The notes below the pieces were generated by a model that was not told the origin of the DNA, ran no database searches, and saw only the letters and a list, made by a program, of their open reading frames with translations. From contig JAKBJL010000001.1 of assembly GCA_021836035.1 (NCBI GenBank), positions 44,370 through 108,369 of the forward strand: a stretch of 64,000 bases of DNA, in the 5' to 3' direction. The translations under genes and the position numbers were made by a program. This document shows positions 46,587 through 56,022 of this stretch, piece after piece. Numbering within the stretch: the stretch's first letter is position 1; each line of letters opens with the position of its first letter. The stretch is from a bacterium (GTDB lineage Bacteria; Patescibacteriota; Microgenomatia; JAMCZE01).

Positions 46587-49034
46587 TCAGCACTGGGAGT
46601 AACCGCAGGAATAACACTTTTTACAACCTTCTTCGGCAACCAATGAAGCGTCTCCGCATTTGGGACAGATATCTCTTTTAATGTTTATGCCAATTTCCGT
46701 TGCCTCTTTTTTGGCAAGATCCGTATGATCGTTGCCGTTGGTTTTAATCCCGAAATGCATGGCAATAACTTTCGCCACCGCGTCGGGGAGGCTGCGGACC
46801 CGGTTGGGACCGAAGCCGACAGAACCGGCGCCCCCGATCCCCCGCAACTGTTCCACAATTTCCGCTGCCCTGCCTAAAGCGGGCAAATGATTACCAAAAC
46901 GCAGGTTAGTAGAAATTAGCCGCCCTAAGGCTTCCGCCATCGCCGCGACTTCACTCCCCGCTTTGCCGATATTGATAAAAACTTCAAAGGGCTCGCCGTT
47001 TTCATTTTGATTTACCGTAACAAAAGCGGTTCCCAGGGGGGTTTCAATCCGGTAAGTAGCTCCCTCCACCTTCATCGGCCGGGGTTGCAGCTCGACTGGG
47101 GCGGGTTTCGCCGCTTTTTCTTTAGTTCCTAAATTTAATACCTGGGTTTCCTTGCAACCGTCCCGGTAAACGGTGATTCCCATACAGCCGGTTTCGTAAG
47201 CCAGCAAATAAGCATTTTTCACATCTTCGGAGCTGGCATCGTTGGGCAAATTAATCGTTTTGGAGACAGCGTTATCGGTATATTTTTGAAAAGCCGCCTG
47301 CATTTTAACGTGCCAGGGGAAAGCTATTTCGTGGGCGGTAACAAAACGGCGGCGGATTTCGGCGGGTATTTCTTCTATGTGCGCGATGGTACCGGCGGTA
47401 GCAATTTTGTCTTTGACCGCCTCCGTGTACCACGGCGCCCCTGCCGCTTCTTTTTCGAACCAGGGATTAAAAAAGTTTAATTCCCGGTCCAGGTTTTTAT
47501 CTTTAACCTTATGTTTAAAGGCCACAGCGAAAAGCGGCTCTATCCCGGTTGAAGCCCCGGCAATAATGCCTATCGAGCCGGTCGGCGCGATCGTCGTTAT
47601 CGTGCCGTTCCGTAACGGCTTAGCATTTTTATAAATGCTTTCTTTCCATTTGGGAAAAGGACCGCGTTCGGCGGCTAATTCTTCCGAGGCCTCGTGACCT
47701 TTTTCGTGGACAAAAGACATCACTTTCTCCGCGAGCCCAATCGCCTCTTCGGAATCATAAGGTATACCCAGCTGCACCAATAAGTCCGCCCACCCGCCAA
47801 CTCCCAGGCCGATCCGCCGCACCGCCAGCGCCATTTCCCGGACTTGCGGCAAAGGAAACGGATTGCGTTCAATTACCGAGTCCAGAAAGCGGACTGCCAG
47901 TTTAGTTACCTTTTCCAGCTTTTCCCAGTTCACGGATTTTTGTCCGTCATCCTCGCGGACAAAGTAAGTTAGGAAGATACTGCCGAGGTTACAGACGTCA
48001 AACGGGTAAAGGGGTTGCTCGCCGCAGGGGTTGGTCGATTCAACAGGCCCCAGGCTCGGTACGGGATTGCCGGTCCCTTCGTTTATCCGGTCAATAAAAA
48101 CCATCCCGGGATCACCGGTCTGCCAAGCACTCCGGGCAATTTCGTCCATAACTTCCCGGGCGTCGAGCTGCCCGGTAATTTTTTCCGTCCGCGGGTCGAT
48201 TAAATCATATACCGTCCCTTCGCGATAAGCCCTGATAAAGGCGTCCGTAACGGCCAGGGAGATATTGAAATTGGTAATACCACCGCTTTCTTTGCAATGA
48301 ATAAATTCCAAAACATCCGGATGGTCAATCCGTAAGATACCCATATTCGCGCCCCGGCGGCTGCCACCCTGCTTCACCTGTTCCGTCGCCGCGTCATAGA
48401 TTTTCATAAAGGAAACCGGCCCGGAGGCTACGCCGCGGGTCGAACCAACCCGGGAATTAGCGGGACGGAGGCGCGAGAAGGAAAAACCGGTACCGCCCCC
48501 GCTTTTATGGATAATGGCAGCGTATTTAATCCCATCAAAAATTCCCTCAATTGAATCTTCCACCGGAACGACATAGCAACCGCTGTATTGCAAACCGTTA
48601 TTCTTACCGGCGTTCATCAGGGTCGGGGAATTGGGTAAAAACTGGTGGGTCACCATGAGGCGGTAATATTCCCGGGCGGTTTCCGTAATTTGCCGGGATT
48701 CCTGCCCGAAATCAGCTCCGGCGCAGGCAATATCCCAAGCCACCCGCCAGCACATCTGGTCGGGCGTTTCTAAAACATTAGCGTCCGCGTCTTTTAATAG
48801 ATAACGCTCGTTAAGAACTCTCGCCGCTTGCCCGGACCACTCCCCCTTTTCCAGGTCCGCCGGCAGGGGGGGAATAATTGTGGCTTGAGCATGGGTACCG
48901 TTATGGCTGACGTTTCTTTTAATACCTTTGGCCGGCCGGCCTGGGCGTACAATCGGCGGAATCGGTTCGGAAATTTTGGTAGTGGGTTCAACTTGGGGCA
49001 TAAAAAAACTTCCCGTTTTTAGGAAGCTAATCAA
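46587..49034 (-). CDS. nrdJ: adenosylcobalamin-dependent ribonucleotide reductase (class II, NrdJ)
   Basis: Long single-chain RNR, with conserved N-terminal LNERYLLKD...CWRVAWDIA. The probable true start MPQVEPTT is 11 codons in. Confidence 0.85.
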   Translation of the reverse strand: MISFLKTGSFFMPQVEPTTKISEPIPPIVRPGRPAKGIKRNVSHNGTHAQATIIPPLPADLEKGEWSGQAARVLNERYLLKDADANVLETPDQMCWRVAWDIACAGADFGQESRQITETAREYYRLMVTHQFLPNSPTLMNAGKNNGLQYSGCYVVPVEDSIEGIFDGIKYAAIIHKSGGGTGFSFSRLRPANSRVGSTRGVASGPVSFMKIYDAATEQVKQGGSRRGANMGILRIDHPDVLEFIHCKESGGITNFNISLAVTDAFIRAYREGTVYDLIDPRTEKITGQLDAREVMDEIARSAWQTGDPGMVFIDRINEGTGNPVPSLGPVESTNPCGEQPLYPFDVCNLGSIFLTYFVREDDGQKSVNWEKLEKVTKLAVRFLDSVIERNPFPLPQVREMALAVRRIGLGVGGWADLLVQLGIPYDSEEAIGLAEKVMSFVHEKGHEASEELAAERGPFPKWKESIYKNAKPLRNGTITTIAPTGSIGIIAGASTGIEPLFAVAFKHKVKDKNLDRELNFFNPWFEKEAAGAPWYTEAVKDKIATAGTIAHIEEIPAEIRRRFVTAHEIAFPWHVKMQAAFQKYTDNAVSKTINLPNDASSEDVKNAYLLAYETGCMGITVYRDGCKETQVLNLGTKEKAAKPAPVELQPRPMKVEGATYRIETPLGTAFVTVNQNENGEPFEVFINIGKAGSEVAAMAEALGRLISTNLRFGNHLPALGRAAEIVEQLRGIGGAGSVGFGPNRVRSLPDAVAKVIAMHFGIKTNGNDHTDLAKKEATEIGINIKRDICPKCGDASLVAEEGCKKCYSCGYSQC

Positions 49035-49107
49035 CTATAGAGTTTCCGGGGAATTTCCGTCAACTACCAACTTTTGGTCTAAACCATATCAACTTTTCAC
49101 GGGGTCC

Positions 49108-49707
49108 TTACTTTCGGGGGAGGTTTTGTAGCTTGTTTTCAAACAAGTTTTTTACCCGTTGCTGGTTTTCCAACAGACGCCTGAGGGAGTTCTGGAGTCC
49201 CGAGGGGGTTCCCATTTTAACCGAATTCTCCGTGATCAATTCCTGGTGCTTGGCAATGGCTATCGTCAGAACTCCCAAGTAATCACGGTTTTCCGGTTTT
49301 TGCTCCGCAAGCCTAACACCCTGCTCGGCCGCCAGCTGTAAATACTGCTCGCCTTCCACAATGGTTTTTTCCCCCAGAGCATTTTTACCGTAATTTATTA
49401 AGGTAATCCCGGCCGCCAGGCGTTTGTCCGCTAAAAGTAAATAGTAGCGCGCTTTAGTCAGCGGATCAAAAAGCAAAAAAGAGACCAGCCGGTCCCGGAG
49501 ATCTTTAAATACCCAAAGGGGCGAATCCGGCAAAACTCCCGGGTAAGGCAGCGGGTAATCCACTTTTAGGGGCGGTGGGGTAGGAAGAGCCGTTTCCTGG
49601 GCCAAAACCCGGGAAGCAAAGAAAAAAGGCAAACCCGCTAAAACCATCAGCAAAATAGCCTTTTTCATTCCTAACCCCATCATAGGATTCGCCAACTTTG
49701 ATGTCAA
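49108..49707 (-). CDS. hypothetical secreted protein (199 aa)
   Basis: Signal peptide or TM, then helical repeats. Confidence 0.5.
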   Translation of the reverse strand: MTSKLANPMMGLGMKKAILLMVLAGLPFFFASRVLAQETALPTPPPLKVDYPLPYPGVLPDSPLWVFKDLRDRLVSFLLFDPLTKARYYLLLADKRLAAGITLINYGKNALGEKTIVEGEQYLQLAAEQGVRLAEQKPENRDYLGVLTIAIAKHQELITENSVKMGTPSGLQNSLRRLLENQQRVKNLFENKLQNLPRK

Positions 49708-50010
49708 GCGCCCGAAGGTCCCAACCGGGTGTGCGACTTATAGATAACAATTATCAACAGCATCGCGCGGCCCAAATAAACAACTGTAAAAGCGGGTAGG
49801 CGGCAACGTCCCCGACGCGTGCCTGGGATAATCAGGGCCGACTGTTGCTGGACGGGATATCATCGGGGTTCTTAAAAACACCAAAAGGTCGCCGATAATA
49901 CCCGGCACAATAAGAACTTGGGTAATTGGGTTAAAAATCCCTTTTTGTCTATCTTTGAAAGAAAAGAGCCTCCATCCTAACCCCTAAATCCGCTGTAAAA
50001 TTTGCTAAAG

Positions 50011-50038
50011 CGAAAATTAAAAACCCGGAAAAGCCGGG
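50011..50038 (-). terminator. minus-strand intrinsic terminator: CCCGG-CTTTT-CCGGG followed by TTTTTAATTTT
   Basis: Reverse complement of 50011-50038, read directly. Confidence 0.35.
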
Positions 50039-50804
50039 ATTAACCCCGCCATCTAATCCTTTCAATTTCATCATAAGCAGGGAGGATTTATCCGCCAAGC
50101 TTAACCCTGGTTGGCCGTAAAATTTTTCTGTGTCATACTGCTAACAACGAATGGCCGCCCCACTCCCCTAACCGAGAATTTACTTATGGGAGCATCTGGT
50201 TTTATCTTCGGACAGATTTTCGATGCTGTGGGCCCGTTGGGTTTGGGACGGATCAACCGGACGGGTACGGTCGCTTCCCCCTCTGGTCGGCTTGCTTTCC
50301 CCGTCGGAGAGAGTCGTGGACGCTGAAGGGGGGATGGTTTTACCTGAAAATGCGCAAAAAGCGCCGGAGCACAAAAGAGAATTGGAAAAAGACCAAACGA
50401 GTTACGGGGGAAATTGCCGATCTGGCAGCGCAGGTTTCTCGGGCCGAATCGAAAGACGCCTTAAGGTATATGGGCGAAGAAATCAAAACAAGACTCCTCT
50501 GGGAATTGATTGATTTTATTAGTTTGCTGTGTTACTGTCTTTATTAAAGGATGCCTATTCTTGACGCCATACCGACAAATATTTTTATCTTCGGCACGGC
50601 AATTTTTGCCGGAGTTATTCTTTTTCTGATACTCTGGTGGATCCCGGACGACGAGGAGAAGGGGGGTAGTAGGACAGATAAACAATAGGGCAGCAGGATA
50701 GTAAATTGGGTTTTAACCCCAACTATTAATCTATTTAGCATTCTACAAATCTCTGAAAGCAGGGCTGCGGCAACTCGATATTTTTCTTCTGAAAGGCAAT
50801 CTGG

Positions 50805-51014
50805 CTAATGACTAAACGGCAATTGCCTTACCGGCTCGGCTGCTGAACCATATGCTATGTGAAGAAATTGCAGAAATTCCCTCTTCCTTCTGCGGCTGTA
50901 AACTTCAGCAATATTACTCGGTGTCAAAACTGCACGCCGCCGCATTCGTGAAGTAACCCCATAAAGTTCATCTTTGGGAAGTTCTTTTGTTATTTGAAAA
51001 ATAAGAAGTGCCAA
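50805..51014 (-). pseudogene. truncated four-helix-bundle protein (TIGR02436 / 23S rRNA-intervening-sequence protein family) fragment
   Basis: AVLTPSNIAEVYSRRRKREFLQFLHIAYGSAAE matches the family core. Both N- and C-terminal portions are missing, and it abuts the gap gene stop. Confidence 0.5.
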
Positions 51015-51045
51015 CCTAAAGCTCCTTTGCCAAACAATCGGCTCT

Positions 51046-52110
51046 TTATGCCCTGCTGCCCCGCTGCCCTACCAAAATCACTTCTTCAATTAATCTGTTC
51101 GTATACCCCCACTCGTTATCGTACCAGGCGATAACTTTCAGCAGGTTGCCGCCGACCACGTCGGTCAGTGACAAATCCACAATGGCAGAGTGCGGGTTGC
51201 GGATAACGTCTGAAGAAACCAGCGGGTCAGTTGTGACCTCCAGAATATTCCGGTAGCGCTCTGATCGGGCCGCTTCCGTCAACACCTGGTTTACTTCCTC
51301 TTTGGTCGTATCCCTTTTTAAGACAAAGGTGAAATCGGAAAGGCTGCCGACTATTGTTGGTACGCGGATGGATAAACCGGTAAATAGTCCCGCCAGTTCC
51401 GGAACGGTTTCGGCGGCTGCCCGCGTCGCCCCCGTGGTTGTCGGCACAATATTTTGTGCTGCCGCCCGGGCCCGGCGGTAATCTTTGTGCCCCCCGTCCT
51501 GCAATTCCTGGTCCGAAGTATAAGAATGAACCGTCGTCATCATCGCTTTCTCTACCCCGAATTTTTCGCTGATAACCTGAGCCACCGGAGCGATACAATT
51601 AGTCGTACAGGAAGCATTGGAAACAATTTGTTCCGTTGTCGCCGCGGGGTCTAAGTTGACCCCCAGGACATAGGTTCTTACGGTGCTGTCCTTGGCCGGA
51701 GCCGAAAGGATTACTTTTTCGGCGCCCGCTTTTAAATGCCCCGCAATTTTATCTGCCGTCGTAAATACCCCGGTGCATTCCAGAACCACGTCCACGTCGT
51801 GCTTTTTCCAGGGTAGCATCTCGGGATTTTTCTCCGCGTAAAAAGGAATTTTGTTGCTATCAATAATCAGATTCCCCAGCAGCTTTGGTATTTCCTGGCT
51901 ATTCTCCGTTTGCTGTTCGCAGCTTACTGCATGATCTTTTAATATCCCGTACGCCGTATCATATTTCAGTAGATACGCCCAGCCCTGGATATCCGTTGAG
52001 CTCCCCCCATTGATGGCCACCAGATCGATCTGCTCCGTAAATCGCTCCAGAATTACCCGGTGGGCAATTCTCCCGATTCTTCCGTAGCCGTTAATCGCAA
52101 CCTTGATCAA
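51046..52110 (-). CDS. gap: glyceraldehyde-3-phosphate dehydrogenase (TTG start)
   Basis: INGYGRIGR NAD-binding motif and active site SCTTNCIAP. Confidence 0.9.
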   Translation of the reverse strand: MIKVAINGYGRIGRIAHRVILERFTEQIDLVAINGGSSTDIQGWAYLLKYDTAYGILKDHAVSCEQQTENSQEIPKLLGNLIIDSNKIPFYAEKNPEMLPWKKHDVDVVLECTGVFTTADKIAGHLKAGAEKVILSAPAKDSTVRTYVLGVNLDPAATTEQIVSNASCTTNCIAPVAQVISEKFGVEKAMMTTVHSYTSDQELQDGGHKDYRRARAAAQNIVPTTTGATRAAAETVPELAGLFTGLSIRVPTIVGSLSDFTFVLKRDTTKEEVNQVLTEAARSERYRNILEVTTDPLVSSDVIRNPHSAIVDLSLTDVVGGNLLKVIAWYDNEWGYTNRLIEEVILVGQRGSRA

Positions 52111-52118
52111 ATTTGGAA

Positions 52119-52139
52119 TCTGAAATCTGAAATCTGAAA
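52119..52139. repeat. tandem heptanucleotide (TCTGAAA)x3, 8 nt upstream of the gap start codon
   Basis: Read directly. Additional TTTCAAATT motifs lie in the same AT-rich spacer. Confidence 0.5.
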
Positions 52140-52227
52140 TGAGTGTTTAAAACATTTCAAATTAAATAATTTCAAATTGTTTAAATTAAAACTTGAAATT
52201 GTGAATTTGCCAAAATAAATTGAGTAA

Positions 52228-53280
52228 CTAAGATAAAAGTGCCCGGATTCCCGGTAGTTCCTCGCCCGCTAAAAACTTTAGCATCGCTCCTCCTCCGATT
52301 GATGCCCAGTCAAATCTGCCCGTTAGCCCTAATTTGTTTAGAAATCCCAGCGTATCTCCGCCGCCGACCACCTTAAACGCCCCCAGGTTGGCGATAATTT
52401 CCGCCAGCCGTCGGGTCCCGACCTGGTAAGTATAATTTTCCACTTCCCCGAGCGGCCCGTTCCAGACGATGGTTCCGGCGGTTTCTAAAACGCCGCGGAC
52501 GGCATCGATTGATTCCAGTGTAGTGTCTTTTTTTTCCGTCGTCAATTCTAAAAAGATCTGTTTGTTACCCGGGAAAACCATATCCGGCTTGCACTCTTCC
52601 AGAAGCTTTCCGGCAATAATTATCCGATCGGCAACATCCCCCATCCGGTTTATCAGGGGTATCTTGGTTTCCATTTTTGCCCCGCCCAAAATTACCACCA
52701 GCGGTCGTTTGGGGTTTTTAGTGACACCTCCCAGATTCTCTACTTCTTTAACCAGTCGCATCCCGGCGTAATGCGGGAGAATTTTGGGAACTCCGGTAAT
52801 GCTGGCGTGCGAACGTTCACAGGAAGCAAAGGCGTCATTTACATAAATCTGGCCCAACGCGGCAAGCTCGGTAACAAAACTTTCTATATTGGCTTCCTCC
52901 CGGGGATCAAACCGCAGATTTTCCAGGACCACCAGCTGTTGGCTAATCCGAAAGCCGGTGAAGTTATTAACCTTTTCCGGTTTGGCAACCCCGACCGTAT
53001 TGCCGCCGCGGTTTTCCAGCCAGTTAGCTATGGTTTTAGTAGATAATCCCGGTACCACTTCCCCATAGGGTCGTCCGATATGTCCGCAGAGGGTAACGTG
53101 GCATCCCCGGTTGAGAAGGTAATCAATGCCCGGCCAGATTGCCTGAAGCCTGGTATCGTCGCCGATTGACAGCCCCTCGTTTTCTGTCCCCCGTTTCCTT
53201 GCCAGCGGCACATCGATGTCCCCCCGCAGTAACACTCTTTTACTGCGAATGTCCGCTTTTTCAATCGAGGGCAGATCCAT
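52228..53280 (-). CDS. pgk: phosphoglycerate kinase (short, 350 aa)
   Basis: N-terminal KRVLLRGDIDVPL and GHIGRP. C-terminal GGGDT and GGGA motifs. Confidence 0.85.
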   Translation of the reverse strand: MDLPSIEKADIRSKRVLLRGDIDVPLARKRGTENEGLSIGDDTRLQAIWPGIDYLLNRGCHVTLCGHIGRPYGEVVPGLSTKTIANWLENRGGNTVGVAKPEKVNNFTGFRISQQLVVLENLRFDPREEANIESFVTELAALGQIYVNDAFASCERSHASITGVPKILPHYAGMRLVKEVENLGGVTKNPKRPLVVILGGAKMETKIPLINRMGDVADRIIIAGKLLEECKPDMVFPGNKQIFLELTTEKKDTTLESIDAVRGVLETAGTIVWNGPLGEVENYTYQVGTRRLAEIIANLGAFKVVGGGDTLGFLNKLGLTGRFDWASIGGGAMLKFLAGEELPGIRALLS

Positions 53281-53303
53281 AATCCCAGTTTACCACGGAA
53301 AGC

Positions 53304-54176
53304 CTACGCTTTTCCCGCAGAACCGAAGAGGGTAATTTTTCTTTCGATAATCTTGCGGACAGCCTCAATCGCCGGTGGCATTAATTTATAAACGGCCCAT
53401 TCGTCGGGATTGCCCTTTAAAACATTTTCCAAATTTTGGCGGAAAGCAATCCGTAACTCGGTATTGACATTTACCTTGACGATCCCCCGTTCGACGGCGC
53501 TCTCAATCTCTTCGGGCGCAATGCCACTGCCGCCGTGGAGCGAGAGAAAAGTTTCCGGCAGGGCACGGGAAACCTCGGTCAGTTTCTCACAATCCAGCTT
53601 CTCGCTGCCGTCCTGATAAACCCCGTGAGCGTTGCCGATAAAAGCGGCAAAAATATCTATCCCTGTTTCTTCGACGAACTCTTTTGCTTTTTGCGGATCA
53701 GTATATTTTTTTTCTAGCCCCTGACCGCGATCCGTTAATTCCCCGTGCAGTTCCGACGTCCCCGGAAAATGATCGATTTCCCCCTCCACCAATACCCCCT
53801 TACTATGAGATTCCCCAACTATCTCCTTTGTAAGCCGGACATTTTCCTCAAAGGGCAACTCAGAACCGTCAAAATGGACCATATCAAAGCCGAGCTCAAT
53901 ACCGGACTTTATTATATCCATATCGCTAGCATGATCCATATTGAGCAATATGGTTATTCCATAATCATCTTTATAATTATTGGCTAGAGATATAAAGTTT
54001 TGCAGTCCGAGGTATTTTATTTCTCCCGGGGAGACTTCAGCGATAATTGGAGCCGAGAGGTTTTTGGCAGCTTCTGCCGCCGCCTGTAAAATCTCTAGGT
54101 TATCGATATTGAATGCTCCCAAAGAAAAGTGTTCCTTTTTGGCCCTCTGTAACCAATCGATTAATCTAGTTTCCAT
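53304..54176 (-). CDS. fba: class II fructose-bisphosphate aldolase
   Basis: LNMDHASD, HFDGS, and His-Gly zinc ligand region of class II FBA. Confidence 0.85.
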   Translation of the reverse strand: METRLIDWLQRAKKEHFSLGAFNIDNLEILQAAAEAAKNLSAPIIAEVSPGEIKYLGLQNFISLANNYKDDYGITILLNMDHASDMDIIKSGIELGFDMVHFDGSELPFEENVRLTKEIVGESHSKGVLVEGEIDHFPGTSELHGELTDRGQGLEKKYTDPQKAKEFVEETGIDIFAAFIGNAHGVYQDGSEKLDCEKLTEVSRALPETFLSLHGGSGIAPEEIESAVERGIVKVNVNTELRIAFRQNLENVLKGNPDEWAVYKLMPPAIEAVRKIIERKITLFGSAGKA

Positions 54177-54196
54177 TTCTACTTAGAAATTGGTAA

Positions 54197-55156
54197 TTAG
54201 GAATTGCTAATTTTATTTTTATCTAAAAGTCCTTCAATCGCCCCTGCCTTCTGTATTACCGATCCGCCGTTCTTCGTCCCCCACCGCAAAGCCATGGCCA
54301 GTTTTTGCCCGTAATCAAGAGCTGCCAATAACCCGCTACTGAAGGCGTCTCCCGCGCCGGTCGCTTCAAAACAGGGTACCGGCGCTGCCGGTTCATAAAA
54401 ATATCTGCCGTTATGCATGGCAAACGCTCCTTCCGGCCCGTTGGTAACTACCACGATCTTCGGTCCCAACTTATTTATACTTACCAGCATCTCCTTCGCT
54501 CTTTTTTCTTTCTCCCCGGCTTTAAGCTTTAAACTTTGGGCCCTAAGCAGGGTTTCCGCCTCTTCCCAGTTTACAATTAATACTTCCGTCCGCGTTAATA
54601 TGGTTTTCAGGTAATCCGCTCCCTTTTTAATATCCGCCATCGAAGGATTAAAAGCAATCTTGACTTCCTTCGGGCAATTGTTCACTAATCCGTAAATTTT
54701 TGCCGAATCCCGTCCGGCGGAACTGGTAATGTAAATCCATTTAGACGGAGGGATAACGGCAACTAAGTCTTCGCCGGGTTCATGATAAGTGAGAATGGTC
54801 CGCTCCCCTTTAAAAACGATAATCGCCGAAAGATTGGATTGCCTTTTGGGCTCGACTGAGGAATAAGTCAGGTCCACATTGTTCAGAAGCAATTGTTTTT
54901 TAATCCAGGCCCCGCGGTCGTCATCGCCGAAAATTGTCATTAGGCCCGTGCTCAAACCCAGCCGGGAAAGCCCGACGGAAACGTTAGCGGCGTTGCCTCC
55001 CAGCGACCACCCAATTTTCTCGACCGGGATCTTTTGCCCGTAACCCAATTCCAGCTTGCAATCTTCCCCGCCCGCGTTACACTCCACCCCCGCCTGATCC
55101 ACAAACAAAAATAAATCCCGTGTCGCGTCGCCGATACAAATAAAATCTAAGGCCAT
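54197..55156 (-). CDS. PfkB-family carbohydrate or nucleoside kinase
   Basis: N-terminal GDATRD, GG..N motif, and C-terminal TGAGDAF anion hole. Confidence 0.8.
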   Translation of the reverse strand: MALDFICIGDATRDLFLFVDQAGVECNAGGEDCKLELGYGQKIPVEKIGWSLGGNAANVSVGLSRLGLSTGLMTIFGDDDRGAWIKKQLLLNNVDLTYSSVEPKRQSNLSAIIVFKGERTILTYHEPGEDLVAVIPPSKWIYITSSAGRDSAKIYGLVNNCPKEVKIAFNPSMADIKKGADYLKTILTRTEVLIVNWEEAETLLRAQSLKLKAGEKEKRAKEMLVSINKLGPKIVVVTNGPEGAFAMHNGRYFYEPAAPVPCFEATGAGDAFSSGLLAALDYGQKLAMALRWGTKNGGSVIQKAGAIEGLLDKNKISNS

Positions 55157-55831
55157 CTATTCATCTCCCTTTCCGCCCGTCTGGTTGTCCCCCTCTAAAA
55201 TTTCGACCGCGTGGCTGGTCCCAATCCGGTCCGCGCCGGCTTTAATAAAGGTTACCGCCTGCTCGTAGGTTTCAATCCCGCCGGCCACCTTGATCATTAG
55301 CTTGTTGGCAATCGCCTCCCGAACAAGCTTTACATCTTCAACGGTAGCTCCCCGCGGGCCCATGCCGGAGCAGGTCTTAAAAAAATCCGCCCCGGAATCG
55401 ACCATTAAATCGGCCGTTTTCTTAATCTCGTCCGGTGTCAAATATCCGGTCTCGGGAATAAATTTAATCACAATTTTGGGGTTAACCCGCCGGGCGGATT
55501 CGACCACCGCTCTCATTTCCACTAAACTTTCCGCCCACTTCCCACTTTTGATATACCCCACATTCAGAGAAACATCCAATTCGTCAGCCCCCAGACTGGC
55601 GTAACTTTCCGCACAGCCGGATTTTACCGACAAAGTTTCCTGCCCCAAAGGGAAAGCAACCACTGTCCCCACTCTCACTCCCTGCTCTTTAGCCAGCTGA
55701 ATATAGAAAGGGTTCACGAAGGCTGAGTTAAAACCGAATTCTTTTACCTTGGCGCACAAGGCAACTATCTCGCTTTCAGTGGAGTTGGGATGGTGATTGG
55801 CTAGATCGAGATAGGCGGGAAGATTATCCAT
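55157..55831 (-). CDS. deoC: deoxyribose-phosphate aldolase
   Basis: DeoC family with Schiff-base Lys context IKVAGGIET. Confidence 0.85.
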   Translation of the reverse strand: MDNLPAYLDLANHHPNSTESEIVALCAKVKEFGFNSAFVNPFYIQLAKEQGVRVGTVVAFPLGQETLSVKSGCAESYASLGADELDVSLNVGYIKSGKWAESLVEMRAVVESARRVNPKIVIKFIPETGYLTPDEIKKTADLMVDSGADFFKTCSGMGPRGATVEDVKLVREAIANKLMIKVAGGIETYEQAVTFIKAGADRIGTSHAVEILEGDNQTGGKGDE

Positions 55832-55852
55832 TTAAATTATTTCCTTAGTTAT

Positions 55853-56009
55853 TGAAGGGGTGGCAACTCGCGGGGCGCTGCCCCCGACAACACAAAAACC
55901 TACGAACCCCCCTTTTTGCTAAATAAAATAAGATTATCTCCGGGAAAAACAAATAAAGTTAGCCATGCGGGTGAGTTAGCTTCTTGGGGCTGCGGGTTAC
56001 CAGGGCCCC
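55853..56009 (+). repeat. MITE-like intergenic repeat, copy I
   Basis: GGGGTGGCAACTCGCGGGGCGCTGCCCCCGACAACACAAAAACCTACGAACCCCCC ... GGGGCTGCGGGTTACCAGGGCCCC, then AAATTAAGAT. Confidence 0.7.
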
Positions 56010-56022
56010 AAATTAAGATAAC

